64,000 nucleotides of DNA from an uncultured delta proteobacterium (GTDB lineage Bacteria > Myxococcota > Myxococcia > Myxococcales > Anaeromyxobacteraceae), in contig CAWFDF010000008.1 of NCBI GenBank assembly GCA_963814585.1, forward strand, positions 288,001 through 352,000. The letters are read 5' to 3'. The notes below the pieces were generated by a model. That model was not told where the DNA came from. It worked only from the letters and a program-made list of their open reading frames with translations, and made no database searches. The translations under genes were made by a program, and so were the position numbers. The first letter of the stretch is position 1. Each line of letters begins with the position of its first letter. Below are positions 27,590 through 35,633 of the stretch, one piece after another.

Positions 27590-29674
27590 TCAGCGCCGCC
27601 GCTTCGGCGGCCGCTTCGCGCCACGCAGCCGACCCGCCGCCGCCGCGCCCGCCAGGGCGCCGCTCCCCAGCACGCCCCTCACCCCCGCCGGCAGGCCGAG
27701 GGCCCGCCCCTTGAGCGCCAGCAGGCGGTCGCGGATCGAGGCGGCCTTCTCGAAGTCGAGCGCCTCGGCGGCCGCGTGCATCTCGGCCTCCAGCGCCGCC
27801 ACCATCCTGGGCAGCTCCTCGGCCCGGTAGTCGGCCCCCTCCTCCGCCGCCAGCGGCACCGTCGACCAGTCGGCCTCCACCACCGCCATGCCCAGGTCGC
27901 TGATGTTCCGCTTCACCGACTGCGGCGTGATGCCGTGCTCCTGGTTGTAGCGCCGCTGCACCTCGCGCCGCCGGTTGGTCTCGTCGAGCGCCCGCTTCAT
28001 CGAGGCGGTGATCGAGTCGGCATAGAGGATGACCCGGCCCTCCAGGTGGCGCGCCGCCCGGCCGATGGTCTGGATCAGCGACACCGCCGAGCGCAGGAAC
28101 CCCTCCTTGTCGGCGTCGAGCACCGCCACCAGCGACACCTCGGGGAGGTCGAGCCCCTCGCGCAGCAGGTTGATGCCGATGAGCACGTCGAACTCGCCCC
28201 GCCGCAGGTCGCGGAGCAGGGCGGCCCGCTCCAGCGTCTCCACGTCGGCGTGCAGGTAGCGGCAGCGGACCCCGACGTCGGTGAAGTACTCGGTCAGGTC
28301 CTCGGCCATCCGCTTGGTGAGGGTGGTCACCAGCACCCGCTGCCCCGCCTCGGCGCGCTGGCGGACCTCGCCCAGCAGGTCGTCCACCTGGGTGGCCACC
28401 GGGCGGACCTCCACCTCGGGATCGGTGAGCCCGGTCGGGCGGATGAGCTGCTCCACCACCACGCCGTGGCTCCTCGAGAGCTCGAACTCGGCGGGCGTGG
28501 CCGAGACGTAGATGGTCTGGGGGCAGAGCCCCTCGAACTCCTCGAAGCGGAGCGGCCGGTTGTCGAGCGCCGAGGGGAGCCGGAAGCCGTACTCGACCAG
28601 CGTCTCCTTGCGCGAGCGGTCCCCCTTGTACATGGAGCCGATCTGGCTGACGGTCTGGTGCGACTCGTCGATGACCGCGATGAAGTCCCTGGGGAAGTAG
28701 TCGAGCAGGCAGGGGGGCGGCTCGCCGGCCCTCCGCCCCGAGAGCCAGCGCGAGTAGTTCTCGATGCCGGTGCAGAACCCCATCTGCTCCAGCATCTCCA
28801 GGTCGAAGGTGGTGCGCTGCTCCAGCCGCTGCGCCTCCACCAGCTTGCCGGCGGCGGTGAGCGCCTGGAGCCGCTCCTGCAGCTCGGCGCGGATGCCGCC
28901 GATGGCCCGGTGCCGGGTCTCGGGCGCCGAGACGTAGTGCGAGTTGGGGAAGATGGCGGCCTTGTCGAGCTCGGCCAGGGCGGTGCCGCGCAGCGGGTCG
29001 AACTCCTGGAGCCGCTCCACCACGTCGCCGAAGAACTCCACCCGGATCGCCCGCGCCTCCTCGTAGGGCGGGAAGATCTCGATGGTGTCCCCCCGCACCC
29101 GGAACGTGCCGCGGTGGAAGTCGAGGTCGTTCCGCTGGTACTGGATGTCCACCAGGGAGCGGATGAAGCGGTCGCGAGGGAACTCCTGGCCGCGAGTGAG
29201 CTGCTGCAGGAGGCCGAAGTAGGCCTCGGCCGTGCCCAGGCCATAGATGCAGGAGACCGAGGCCACGATGATCACGTCGTTGCGGGTGAGCAGCGCGTGG
29301 GTGGCGGCGTGGCGCATCCGGTCGATCTCGTCGTTGATGGACGAGTCCTTCTCGATGTACGTGTCCGACGACGGCACGTACGCCTCCGGCTGGTAGTAGT
29401 CGTAGTAGCTGACGAAGTAGTGCACCGCCGCGTCGGGGAACAGCTCCTTGAACTCCCCGTAGAGCTGCCCGGCCAGCGTCTTGTTGTGGGCGATCACCAG
29501 CGCCGGCCGCTTCACCTCGGCGATGACGTTGGCGACGGTGAAGGTCTTCCCGGAGCCGGTCACGCCCAGCAGCACCTGGTGGGAGTCGCCCCGGCGCAGC
29601 CCGGCCACCAGCTCGCGGATGGCGCGCGGCTGGTCGCCGGTGGGCTGGAAGTCGCTCTTCAGGGTGAACGGCAC
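27590..29674 (-). CDS. uvrB: Excinuclease ABC subunit B
   Basis: [50 protein letters not shown]. Confidence 0.98.
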   Translation of the reverse strand: MPFTLKSDFQPTGDQPRAIRELVAGLRRGDSHQVLLGVTGSGKTFTVANVIAEVKRPALVIAHNKTLAGQLYGEFKELFPDAAVHYFVSYYDYYQPEAYVPSSDTYIEKDSSINDEIDRMRHAATHALLTRNDVIIVASVSCIYGLGTAEAYFGLLQQLTRGQEFPRDRFIRSLVDIQYQRNDLDFHRGTFRVRGDTIEIFPPYEEARAIRVEFFGDVVERLQEFDPLRGTALAELDKAAIFPNSHYVSAPETRHRAIGGIRAELQERLQALTAAGKLVEAQRLEQRTTFDLEMLEQMGFCTGIENYSRWLSGRRAGEPPPCLLDYFPRDFIAVIDESHQTVSQIGSMYKGDRSRKETLVEYGFRLPSALDNRPLRFEEFEGLCPQTIYVSATPAEFELSRSHGVVVEQLIRPTGLTDPEVEVRPVATQVDDLLGEVRQRAEAGQRVLVTTLTKRMAEDLTEYFTDVGVRCRYLHADVETLERAALLRDLRRGEFDVLIGINLLREGLDLPEVSLVAVLDADKEGFLRSAVSLIQTIGRAARHLEGRVILYADSITASMKRALDETNRRREVQRRYNQEHGITPQSVKRNISDLGMAVVEADWSTVPLAAEEGADYRAEELPRMVAALEAEMHAAAEALDFEKAASIRDRLLALKGRALGLPAGVRGVLGSGALAGAAAAGRLRGAKRPPKRRR

Positions 29675-29755
29675 GGGGGGGAGAACATAGCGCCCTGGTC
29701 GGACGGGCGCCCGGACGGGCGCCGCGAGAAGGCGCCGGGCCTATACTCCTCGACC

Positions 29756-30967
29756 ATGACGCCCCGGCCGTCCCCCCCGCTCCTCGCCCTGCTGCTCCTC
29801 GCCGCCAGCCACCCGGGGTGCTCCTCGACCGCCGCGCCCGTCACCTGCCCGGCCGGACAGACCGCCTGCGACGGCATCTGCTTCGACCTGCAGGCCGACC
29901 CGCGCTCCTGCGGCGCCTGCCTGAGGCATTGCGCGGCGGGCGCCGCCTGCGTGGCCGGGAGCTGCCAGTGCCCCGCCGCCACCCCCGACACCTGCGGCGC
30001 CCCGCCGGGGAGCTGCGTGGCCCTCGCCAGCGATCCCTCGAACTGCGGAGCCTGCGGCGTGCCGTGCGGCCTCGGCACCTGCGGCGCCGGAGCCTGCACC
30101 TGCGACCCCGGCACCACCAGCTGTACCGGCACCGGAGCGCAGTGCGTCGACCCCCTGGTCGACGCGGCCAACTGCGGCGGCTGCCGGGCCGCCTGTGCCC
30201 ACGGCCAGAGCTGCGACGCCGGGACCTGCAGGTGCCTGGCTCCGCGCCTCGAGTGCGGCGGCGCCTGCATCGACCCCGGGACCGACGAGCGCCACTGCGG
30301 CGGCTGCCTGGCCCCCTGCCCCACCGGCGCGACCTGCTCGGCCGGGTCCTGCCGCTGCCCCGCCAGCGCTCCGGAAGCCTGCGGCGGAGCCTGCGTCGCC
30401 ACCGACGGCGACGTGGCCAACTGCGGCTCCTGCGGGACCCGCTGCGCGACCGGCGCGACCTGCTCGGGCGGAAGCTGCCGCTGTCCCACCGGCCAGGATC
30501 CCTGCGGCAGCTCCCCGGGCGCCTGCACCGACCTCACGGCCGACCCGGGACATTGCGGCGCCTGCACGACCGCCTGCGGCGCCAGCCAGGTCTGCTCCAA
30601 GGGCACCTGCTGCGACGCCGGCCTGCGTGCCTGCAGCTCCGGCGGCGGCATGACCTGCTGCGCCGGGACCGGGTGCTGCGCCGCAGGGTGCCAGCCAGCG
30701 CACGCCAACGGGCTGGGGGACGTCTACTACGATTGCCGCCCGCCCGGGACCTACACCCGCCAGACCGCCTTGCTGGCGGCCCAGGCCTGGTCGCCGAACG
30801 GCGGCACCGACCACGACCTCGCCTACGGCGGCGCCTGCCTGGGAAGGCAGACCACCAGCGCCTGCGCCACCTGGTGCTACACCGGCAACTTCGCGGGCCG
30901 GGTCAGCCTGAACACCATCTCGGTCGCCTGCCTGCCTCCCACGGCGGCGGACCCAGCCTGGGAGTGA
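29756..30967 (+). CDS. Cysteine-rich secreted/lipoprotein with six Stig1-like repeats
   Basis: Signal/lipobox-like HPGC; six ~42-aa repeats of type C..CxDxxxDxxNCGxCxxxCxxGxxCxxGxCxC; distinct C-terminal domain. Confidence 0.85.
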   Translation: MTPRPSPPLLALLLLAASHPGCSSTAAPVTCPAGQTACDGICFDLQADPRSCGACLRHCAAGAACVAGSCQCPAATPDTCGAPPGSCVALASDPSNCGACGVPCGLGTCGAGACTCDPGTTSCTGTGAQCVDPLVDAANCGGCRAACAHGQSCDAGTCRCLAPRLECGGACIDPGTDERHCGGCLAPCPTGATCSAGSCRCPASAPEACGGACVATDGDVANCGSCGTRCATGATCSGGSCRCPTGQDPCGSSPGACTDLTADPGHCGACTTACGASQVCSKGTCCDAGLRACSSGGGMTCCAGTGCCAAGCQPAHANGLGDVYYDCRPPGTYTRQTALLAAQAWSPNGGTDHDLAYGGACLGRQTTSACATWCYTGNFAGRVSLNTISVACLPPTAADPAWE

Positions 30968-30979
30968 GGCCGGAACCGC

Positions 30980-31008
30980 TCGACAAACCCGTGCCGACCG
31001 ACTAGGGT
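30980..31008 (+). promoter_or_regulatory. Putative promoter of the cold-shock gene
   Basis: TCGACA-N17-TAGGGT; -10 ends ~80 nt upstream of the ATG. Confidence 0.45.
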
Positions 31009-31086
31009 GCGCCGGTCTCCCACGCCCGGAGTCGGCAACGGAGTCCGGAGCGGCACGTCGCCGACCGAACAGAAGGAAGTGTCAAG

Positions 31087-31290
31087 ATGGCCAGCGGTAC
31101 CGTGAAGTGGTTCAATGATGCGAAGGGCTTTGGTTTCATCACCCAGGACGGCGGTGGCGAGGACGTCTTCTGCCACCACACCGCGATCGTCGCGGACGGC
31201 TTCCGCTCCCTCCAGGAGGGCCAGCGGGTCGAGTTCGAGGTGAAGAAGGGTCCGAAGGGCCTGCAGGCCGCCAACGTCAAGGCGATCTAG
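31087..31290 (+). CDS. Cold-shock protein (CspA family)
   Basis: [15 protein letters not shown] (RNP1), DVFCHH (RNP2), KGLQAANV. Confidence 0.98.
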   Translation: MASGTVKWFNDAKGFGFITQDGGGEDVFCHHTAIVADGFRSLQEGQRVEFEVKKGPKGLQAANVKAI

Positions 31291-31311
31291 CTTCGCCTTC
31301 GCAGCGACCAC

Positions 31312-31344
31312 GGAGGCCCGGCCGTTCGGCCGGGCTTTCTCTTT
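31312..31344 (+). terminator. Intrinsic terminator after csp
   Basis: AGGCCCGGCC-gttc-GGCCGGGCTT followed by TCTCTTT. Confidence 0.75.
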
Positions 31345-31371
31345 GCCCCACCTGATTCGCGGGAGACGACG

Positions 31372-31557
31372 ATGGCGTTCAATCCAGGGCACCTGAAGCG
31401 GCAGAAGGAAGCGAAGCGCGCCGAGAAGCAGCGGGAGAAGGACGCCCGCCGCGAGGAGCGGAAGAAGGAGAAGTCCGAGCGTCCCGCCGGCGACGCCGGC
31501 ATCGATCCTGACATCGCGGGCATCATCCCCGGGCCGCAGCCGAAGCCCGAGGAGTAG
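31372..31557 (+). CDS. Small highly charged hypothetical protein
   Basis: 61 aa, GGAGA RBS, K/R/E-rich helix followed by DPDIAGIIPGPQP. Confidence 0.7.
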   Translation: MAFNPGHLKRQKEAKRAEKQREKDARREERKKEKSERPAGDAGIDPDIAGIIPGPQPKPEE

Positions 31558-31589
31558 CCCCTCAGGCGCCCGGGCGGCCGGGGATCGTC

Positions 31590-33038
31590 CTACCCGGCCA
31601 CCTTCCAGGTGGTCCCCTCGGGGCCGTCCATGATGGCGACCCCGCCGGCCAGCAGGTCGTCGCGGATGGCGTCGGAGCGGGCGAAGTCCCTGGCCTTGCG
31701 GGCCTCGGTCCGCTCCAGCAGCCTCGCCTCCACCGCCGTCCCGTCGATGCCGCGCCGGGCGGCGGCCCTGGTGCGCAGCGCCAGCAGCGCCTCTCGCGGC
31801 GGCCGCTGCAGCAGCCCCAGCGTCCCGCCCACCGTCCGCGCCGCCGCGGCGAAGGCGGCCAGCGTTCCCCGCTGCTCGGGCGTCTTCTTCCCCTTGAGGT
31901 CGCAGAGCGCGTTGGCGGCGGTGAAGGCCTCGGCCAGCAGCCCCAGCACCTGGGGGGTGTTGAAGTCGTCGTCGAGCGCCTCGCGGCTCCGCTCCACCAG
32001 CGTGTCGCCGGCCGCCGGGTCCACGCCCGCCGCCAGCCGGTCGGCCTTCTCCAGCGTCTCGTAGAGGTAGCCGAGCCGCAGCTCGGCCTCGCCGAGGACC
32101 TGGTCCGAGAAGTTGAAGTCGCGCCGGTAGTGGGTGCCGAGCAGGAAGAGCCGCAGCCCCTCGGCGTCGAACTTCTCCAGCACCTGGCGCACCGTGAAGA
32201 AGTTGCCCAGCGACTTGGACATCTTCTCGTCGTCGATCTTGACGAAGCCGTTGTGCATCCAGTGGCTGGCGAACTGCTCGGCGTGCACGCCGTCGCCGAA
32301 GGCGCAGACCGACTGGGCGATCTCGTTGCTGTGGTGCGGGAAGACGAGGTCCTTGCCGCCGGTGTGGATGTCGAACCGGTCGCCGAGGTGCTTGCGGGTC
32401 ATCGCCGAGCACTCGATGTGCCACCCGGGTCGACCCTGGCCCCACGGGCTCGGCCAGCGCGGCTCGCCCGGCTTGGCGCCCTTCCAGAGCGCGAAGTCGA
32501 GGGGGTCCTGCTTGGCCTCGCCGGGCTCGACGCGGGCGCCGGCCTTGAGGTCGTCGAGGTCGCGGCGGGAGAGCTTCCCGTAGTCTGGAAAGCGGCGGAC
32601 CGGGAAGTAGACGTCGCCGTTGCCGGGGGCATAGGCGAACCCCTTCTTCACCAGCAGCTCGATGAGCGCCACGATCTCGGGGATGTGCTCGGAGACGCGT
32701 GGCGCCAACTCGGGACGCAGGCAGCCGACGGCGTCCATGTCCTCCAGGAAGGCGTCGGCGAAGCGCGCGGCCAGCGCCACGGGATCCTCACCCCGCTCGT
32801 TGGCGCGCTTGATGATCTTGTCGTCGACGTCGGTGAAGTTGCGGACGTACTTCACGCGGAGGCCGCGCGCCCGCAGGTGCCGGACCACCACGTCCCAGAC
32901 CACGTAGCAGCGGGCGTGGCCGAGGTGGGCGTAGTCGTAGACGGTGGGGCCGCAGGCGTAGAGGCCGACCGCCCCCGGCTCGAGGGTGGTCAGCTCGCGC
33001 TTCCGTCCGGACAGGGTGTCGTACAGCACGATGGGCAT
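31590..33038 (-). CDS. cysS: Cysteine--tRNA ligase
   Basis: YACGPTVY, HLGH, DFALWK, GRPGWHIECSAM, KMSKSLGN. Confidence 0.98.
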   Translation of the reverse strand: MPIVLYDTLSGRKRELTTLEPGAVGLYACGPTVYDYAHLGHARCYVVWDVVVRHLRARGLRVKYVRNFTDVDDKIIKRANERGEDPVALAARFADAFLEDMDAVGCLRPELAPRVSEHIPEIVALIELLVKKGFAYAPGNGDVYFPVRRFPDYGKLSRRDLDDLKAGARVEPGEAKQDPLDFALWKGAKPGEPRWPSPWGQGRPGWHIECSAMTRKHLGDRFDIHTGGKDLVFPHHSNEIAQSVCAFGDGVHAEQFASHWMHNGFVKIDDEKMSKSLGNFFTVRQVLEKFDAEGLRLFLLGTHYRRDFNFSDQVLGEAELRLGYLYETLEKADRLAAGVDPAAGDTLVERSREALDDDFNTPQVLGLLAEAFTAANALCDLKGKKTPEQRGTLAAFAAAARTVGGTLGLLQRPPREALLALRTRAAARRGIDGTAVEARLLERTEARKARDFARSDAIRDDLLAGGVAIMDGPEGTTWKVAG

Positions 33039-33051
33039 GGATCGGCTCCAG

Positions 33052-33618
33052 TCAGTCGAAGAGGTTCTTCACCAGCGCCCGCAGGTTCACGGCGAGCACG
33101 AGGACCAGCAGCGCCGAGCCCGCCAGCGCCAGCCAGCGATCGCCGGGCCGATCGCCGTCGCGCAGGACCAGCCAGGCGTCCCCCAGCGGCGAGCCGCGCG
33201 ACCGGATGGCGCCCACCACCGGCGCGTAGTCGGCGCGCGAGCGGGCCGGGACCAGCCGCCCCTCGTAGACCGGCGGCCCGCCGCGCCCGGGCCGGTCGAC
33301 CAGCAGGTTGGTGCTGCCCAGCCGCCCCACCGTGCGGGCCTGGCCGCTCCGATCGACCGTCACCGGGACGGTCTCGGCCAGGTCGCCGCGAACCTGCACC
33401 AGCCGGTTCTCGCGGGCCCGCTCGAAGGCGTAGGCGCCCGGCCCGCCGAGGTCGATGGGGGACCGCGAGGCCAGCGCATACAGCGCGTCGGGAGCGAGCT
33501 CCCACAGGAGCCACCCGCAGATCACGGCCACCAGCCAGGCGAAGGCCGGCGAGCGGGCCAGCAGCGGCGACTCGCGCCTCGGCGGCGGCGGCAGGTCGTC
33601 CGGCCCCGGCTCTCTCAT
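33052..33618 (-). CDS. Hypothetical membrane protein (two TM segments)
   Basis: ATG overlaps the ispDF stop; hydrophobic segments near both termini. Confidence 0.7.
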   Translation of the reverse strand: MREPGPDDLPPPPRRESPLLARSPAFAWLVAVICGWLLWELAPDALYALASRSPIDLGGPGAYAFERARENRLVQVRGDLAETVPVTVDRSGQARTVGRLGSTNLLVDRPGRGGPPVYEGRLVPARSRADYAPVVGAIRSRGSPLGDAWLVLRDGDRPGDRWLALAGSALLVLVLAVNLRALVKNLFD

Positions 33619-34763
33619 CGGGCGCTCCGGACCAGCAGGGCCACGGCGTGGGCGGCGATCCCCTCGCCGCGCCCGACGAACCCCATGCCCTCGCCGGTGG
33701 TGGCCTTGACGTTGACCTGGGCGGGGGCGACGCCCAGCGCTTCGGCCAGCCTGGCGCGCATCTCGGCGGCACGCGGCGCGATCTTGGGCTGCCTGGCCGC
33801 CAGGGTGACGTCGGCGTTGCCGATCCGCCAGCCGGCCGCGGCGGCCTGGGCGGCGATCTCGCGCAGCAGCCGGAGCGAGGAGACCCCCTGCCACCGCGGA
33901 TCGGTGTCCGGGAAGTGCCGGCCCAGGTCGCCCAGCCCCGCGGCGCCGAGGATGGCGTCGCCGATGGCGTGGGCGCAGACGTCGGCGTCGGAGTGCCCCA
34001 GCAGCCCGTCGCCCTCGAACTCGACGCCGCCGAGGACGAGCTTCCGCCCCGGCTCGAAGCGGTGACAGTCGTAGGCCACGCCGCTTGCCACCGGGGCCTC
34101 GGTGAGCGCCCTCGCCCTCGCCACGTCCTCCGGCGAGGTGATCTTGAAGTTGCCCGGCTCGCCGGCCACCAGGGTCACCGGCGCTCCCAGGCGCTCGACC
34201 AGGGCGCCGTCGTCGGTGGCGGTGGCGGCCTCGCTCCCGGCCGCCCGGTAGGCGGCCAGGAGCAGGTCGCGCCGGAAGCCCTGCGGCGTCTGGGCCAGCC
34301 AGAGCTCGCGTCGATCGAGGGTCGCCGCCACGCGCGGGGGAGCGCCCGGGCCGGCGCGCTTGACCGTGTCGGTCACCGGCACCGCCGCCAGCGCGGCACC
34401 ATCGCGCGCGGCCGCCTCGGCGACCAGGGTCACCAGCGCCGGGGTCGCGAAGGGCCGGGCCGCGTCGTGGACCAGCACCACGCCACACCCGGAGAGCGCC
34501 TCGAGGCCATGGCGGACCGAGTCGGCCCGCGCCGGACCGCCCGCCACGGCGCGCCCCGGCTTCCCCAGCCCGGCCAGCGCCTCCAGCGCGCGCGGCTCCT
34601 CGCCCGGCGGGACGACCAGCACCAGCTCGTCGACCAGGGCGCTGTCGGCCAGCAGGCGGGCGGAGCGGCGCATGACCGACTCGCCGCCCAGGACCAGCCA
34701 CTGCTTGGCCAGGCCGGCCCGCTGCCCGGAGCCGCCGCCCGCCACGATCGCCCCGACTCTCAC
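33615..34763 (-). CDS. ispDF: Bifunctional IspD/IspF (MEP pathway)
   Basis: IspD: AGGGSGQR, VHDAARPF, AQTPQGF, TDD, KIT; IspF: YDCH, GHSDADV, GDLGRHFPD, NVKATTGE. Confidence 0.94.
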   Translation of the reverse strand: MRVGAIVAGGGSGQRAGLAKQWLVLGGESVMRRSARLLADSALVDELVLVVPPGEEPRALEALAGLGKPGRAVAGGPARADSVRHGLEALSGCGVVLVHDAARPFATPALVTLVAEAAARDGAALAAVPVTDTVKRAGPGAPPRVAATLDRRELWLAQTPQGFRRDLLLAAYRAAGSEAATATDDGALVERLGAPVTLVAGEPGNFKITSPEDVARARALTEAPVASGVAYDCHRFEPGRKLVLGGVEFEGDGLLGHSDADVCAHAIGDAILGAAGLGDLGRHFPDTDPRWQGVSSLRLLREIAAQAAAAGWRIGNADVTLAARQPKIAPRAAEMRARLAEALGVAPAQVNVKATTGEGMGFVGRGEGIAAHAVALLVRSAR

Positions 34764-34956
34764 ACCCAGGATCATCCCGCGCCTCCGTCGGCCGGCTGCT
34801 CCGGCCGCCGCTGGCATCTTCGCTGCAAAGCCACCCGGCATGTCCACCTCCACCGGGGTTCCGGCCCTCTTCCCGCCGAAACGCGACCGCCGCGCGGACC
34901 TGCGTCCGTGCGGCGGGCACGACCATACCGCCCCGGCGCGAGGCCGGGGGGATCGA

Positions 34957-35448
34957 TCAGCAGTTGAAGATCTTCTTCAGGTCCGACTCGACGTCCTGCT
35001 CGTCGCAGTCCTTGGCGATGGCGAGCTCCTTGATGAGGAGCGACCGGGCCGTGTCGAGCATCTTCCGCTCGCCGAAGGAGAGGTCCTTGTCGGAGCGGAG
35101 CAGGTAGAGGTCGCGCAGCACCTCGGCGATCTCGAAGACCGACCCGGTCTTGATCTTGTCCATGTACTCGCGGTAGCGGCGGTTCCAGGTCGTCGAGTCG
35201 ACCGAGACCTCCTTCTCCCGGAGGATGGAGTAGACCTTCTTGACGTCCTTCTCGCCGATGATCTCGCGGAGGCCGACCGAGTTGACCTTGTTCATCGGGA
35301 TCATGATCTTCATCCCGTTCTCGAGGATCCGGAGCACGTAGAAGGACTGGCGCTGGCCGGCCACCTCCTTGTGCTCGATCCCGAGGACCTCGCCGACCCC
35401 CTGACCGGGGTAGACGGCCTTGTCCCCGACCTTGAAGCTCGGGGACAT
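34957..35448 (-). CDS. carD: CarD/CdnL-family RNA polymerase-binding regulator
   Basis: FKVGDKAVYPGQGVG, WNRRYRE, LSFGERKML; conserved carD-ispDF-cysS order; 163 aa with no HMGA domain, so CdnL-type. Confidence 0.95.
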   Translation of the reverse strand: MSPSFKVGDKAVYPGQGVGEVLGIEHKEVAGQRQSFYVLRILENGMKIMIPMNKVNSVGLREIIGEKDVKKVYSILREKEVSVDSTTWNRRYREYMDKIKTGSVFEIAEVLRDLYLLRSDKDLSFGERKMLDTARSLLIKELAIAKDCDEQDVESDLKKIFNC

Positions 35449-35544
35449 GCTTCCAGACTGTATTCCGGGCATTCAGACCTCCGCTCGCCATGCAGTCTCG
35501 TCCCAGGTGTGACAATCAGGCCGAGGCGGGAGCTTGAATGGGAA

Positions 35545-35573
35545 GAGGTATCACACTTTCCATGGATTGTCAA
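35545..35573 (-). promoter_or_regulatory. sigma70-type promoter of carD/cdnL
   Basis: TTGACA-N17-TACCTC with an extended -10 TG, in a locally AT-rich patch. Confidence 0.65.
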
Positions 35574-35633
35574 TATCGCGTGTGATTACGGCCATATGCC
35601 CGTCGCTGCCAGGGGGCCGAGGCGCCCGGTCAT

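Noticed and set aside
29840..30690. Cys-rich repeats considered as a multiheme cytochrome or a CRISPR-like array
   Set aside because: No CxxCH motifs; the repeats are degenerate protein-coding units, not identical repeats with unique spacers
31590..35448. carD-ispDF-cysS clustering and the IspD/IspF fusion
   Set aside because: A well-known conserved arrangement, not novel
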